Shown here: piece after piece, positions 63,201 through 64,000 of the stretch
How positions within the stretch are numbered: the first letter of the stretch is position 1
Layout: each line of letters opens with the position of its first letter
Assembly: GCA_030264375.1 (NCBI GenBank)
Contig: JASCQW010000146.1
Coordinates: 26,407,544 to 26,471,543, forward strand
Source: Carcharhinus longimanus
Taxonomy: Eukaryota
Direction of reading: 5' to 3'
DNA length: 64,000 nt
Position numbers and translations under genes: made by a program
The notes under the pieces: model-generated
The model's input: the letters and a program-made list of their open reading frames with translations, nothing else
Databases searched by the model: none
Told to the model about the DNA's origin: nothing

Positions 63201-64000
63201 TGTCATTTGGAAGATACTGCACTAATTACAATTTGATAGGTAGCTGCATTGAGTTGGACAATAGAAAATTGGAATTAAAGAAGAAAGGCTATCTTAAACA
63301 GATAAAGGATATTGAGGGGAGATAACACAGCACTGTTGTCACAGAGCATGTTATTCCTTGCTTTGGAAGAACTGGTTTGTTTCCAGAGAGGGAAAATTGA
63401 ATGAAAAGTTTCAAAATGGATGTTGATGCATCTGTCCATCATAGTATTGGTAGGAATGACCACCGCACAGTTCATATAGATGAAGTCCAGCACTTATACT
63501 GAAAACACCATCCATTCAGTTGTGTGGCACTATCACTGTACTAAACCAGACAGATTCAGAACAGATATAATAGTTCGAAAACCAGCATATGTGAAGTGCT
63601 ATAGGCAATCATGGGAGTAGAATTATATCCAAACACAATCTGTAATGTCAGGGCCTGACATACCCCTCACTCTTTCATAACCATCAAGTTAGCGGGAGAC
63701 CAACATTAGTTCAATGAAGAGTGTAGGAGAGCATGCCTGGAAAAGTATTAAGCATATCTAAAAGCCAGCAGCCAATCTGAAACTACAACATAGGACATGA
63801 AGCAAAAACCTGAAAGAATGCAATAGACAGAGCTGTGCAATCTGAAAATCAACAGATAAAATCAAAGTTCTATAGACCCTCCACACCTAGTCATGAATGG
63901 TGGTAGAAATTGAGATTCTCCAAACATTCCCATCCTGACTGATAGTTGAGCCCATCATTTCAGTGTAAAGGACAGGCTGAAAAATTTGTAACCATCTTCA

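Overview
AT-rich vertebrate genomic DNA, most likely a shark (the repeat content resembles HE1/V-SINE, CR1, L2, Rex-Babar and Penelope families). The whole window appears to lie inside one minus-strand gene, the spectraplakin MACF1 (ACF7). I traced 21 GT-AG spectrin-repeat exons in a phase-consistent chain from 42004 down to 2273, plus a 9-nt microexon (15635-15643, N-A-E). Upstream of that chain is a giant KIAA0754-like ORF (51812-47570, at least 1381 aa). It is split only by a 100-N gap inside a 36/37-aa acidic tandem repeat. It has an MGxxxS N-terminus, an in-frame splice donor that could join it to the MACF1 rod, and an AATAAA just after its own stop. The introns hold an intact tRNA-Pro(AGG) gene inside a putative Harbinger-like relic, a decayed Gmr1-like Gypsy element with a tRNA-Pro primer site, a Penelope-type repeat with a degenerate hammerhead core, and many SINE/LINE fragments. 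I see no evidence of a wholly new system; the best leads are isoform-level. Homology calls come from recalled sequences, not database searches, and repeat boundaries are approximate.
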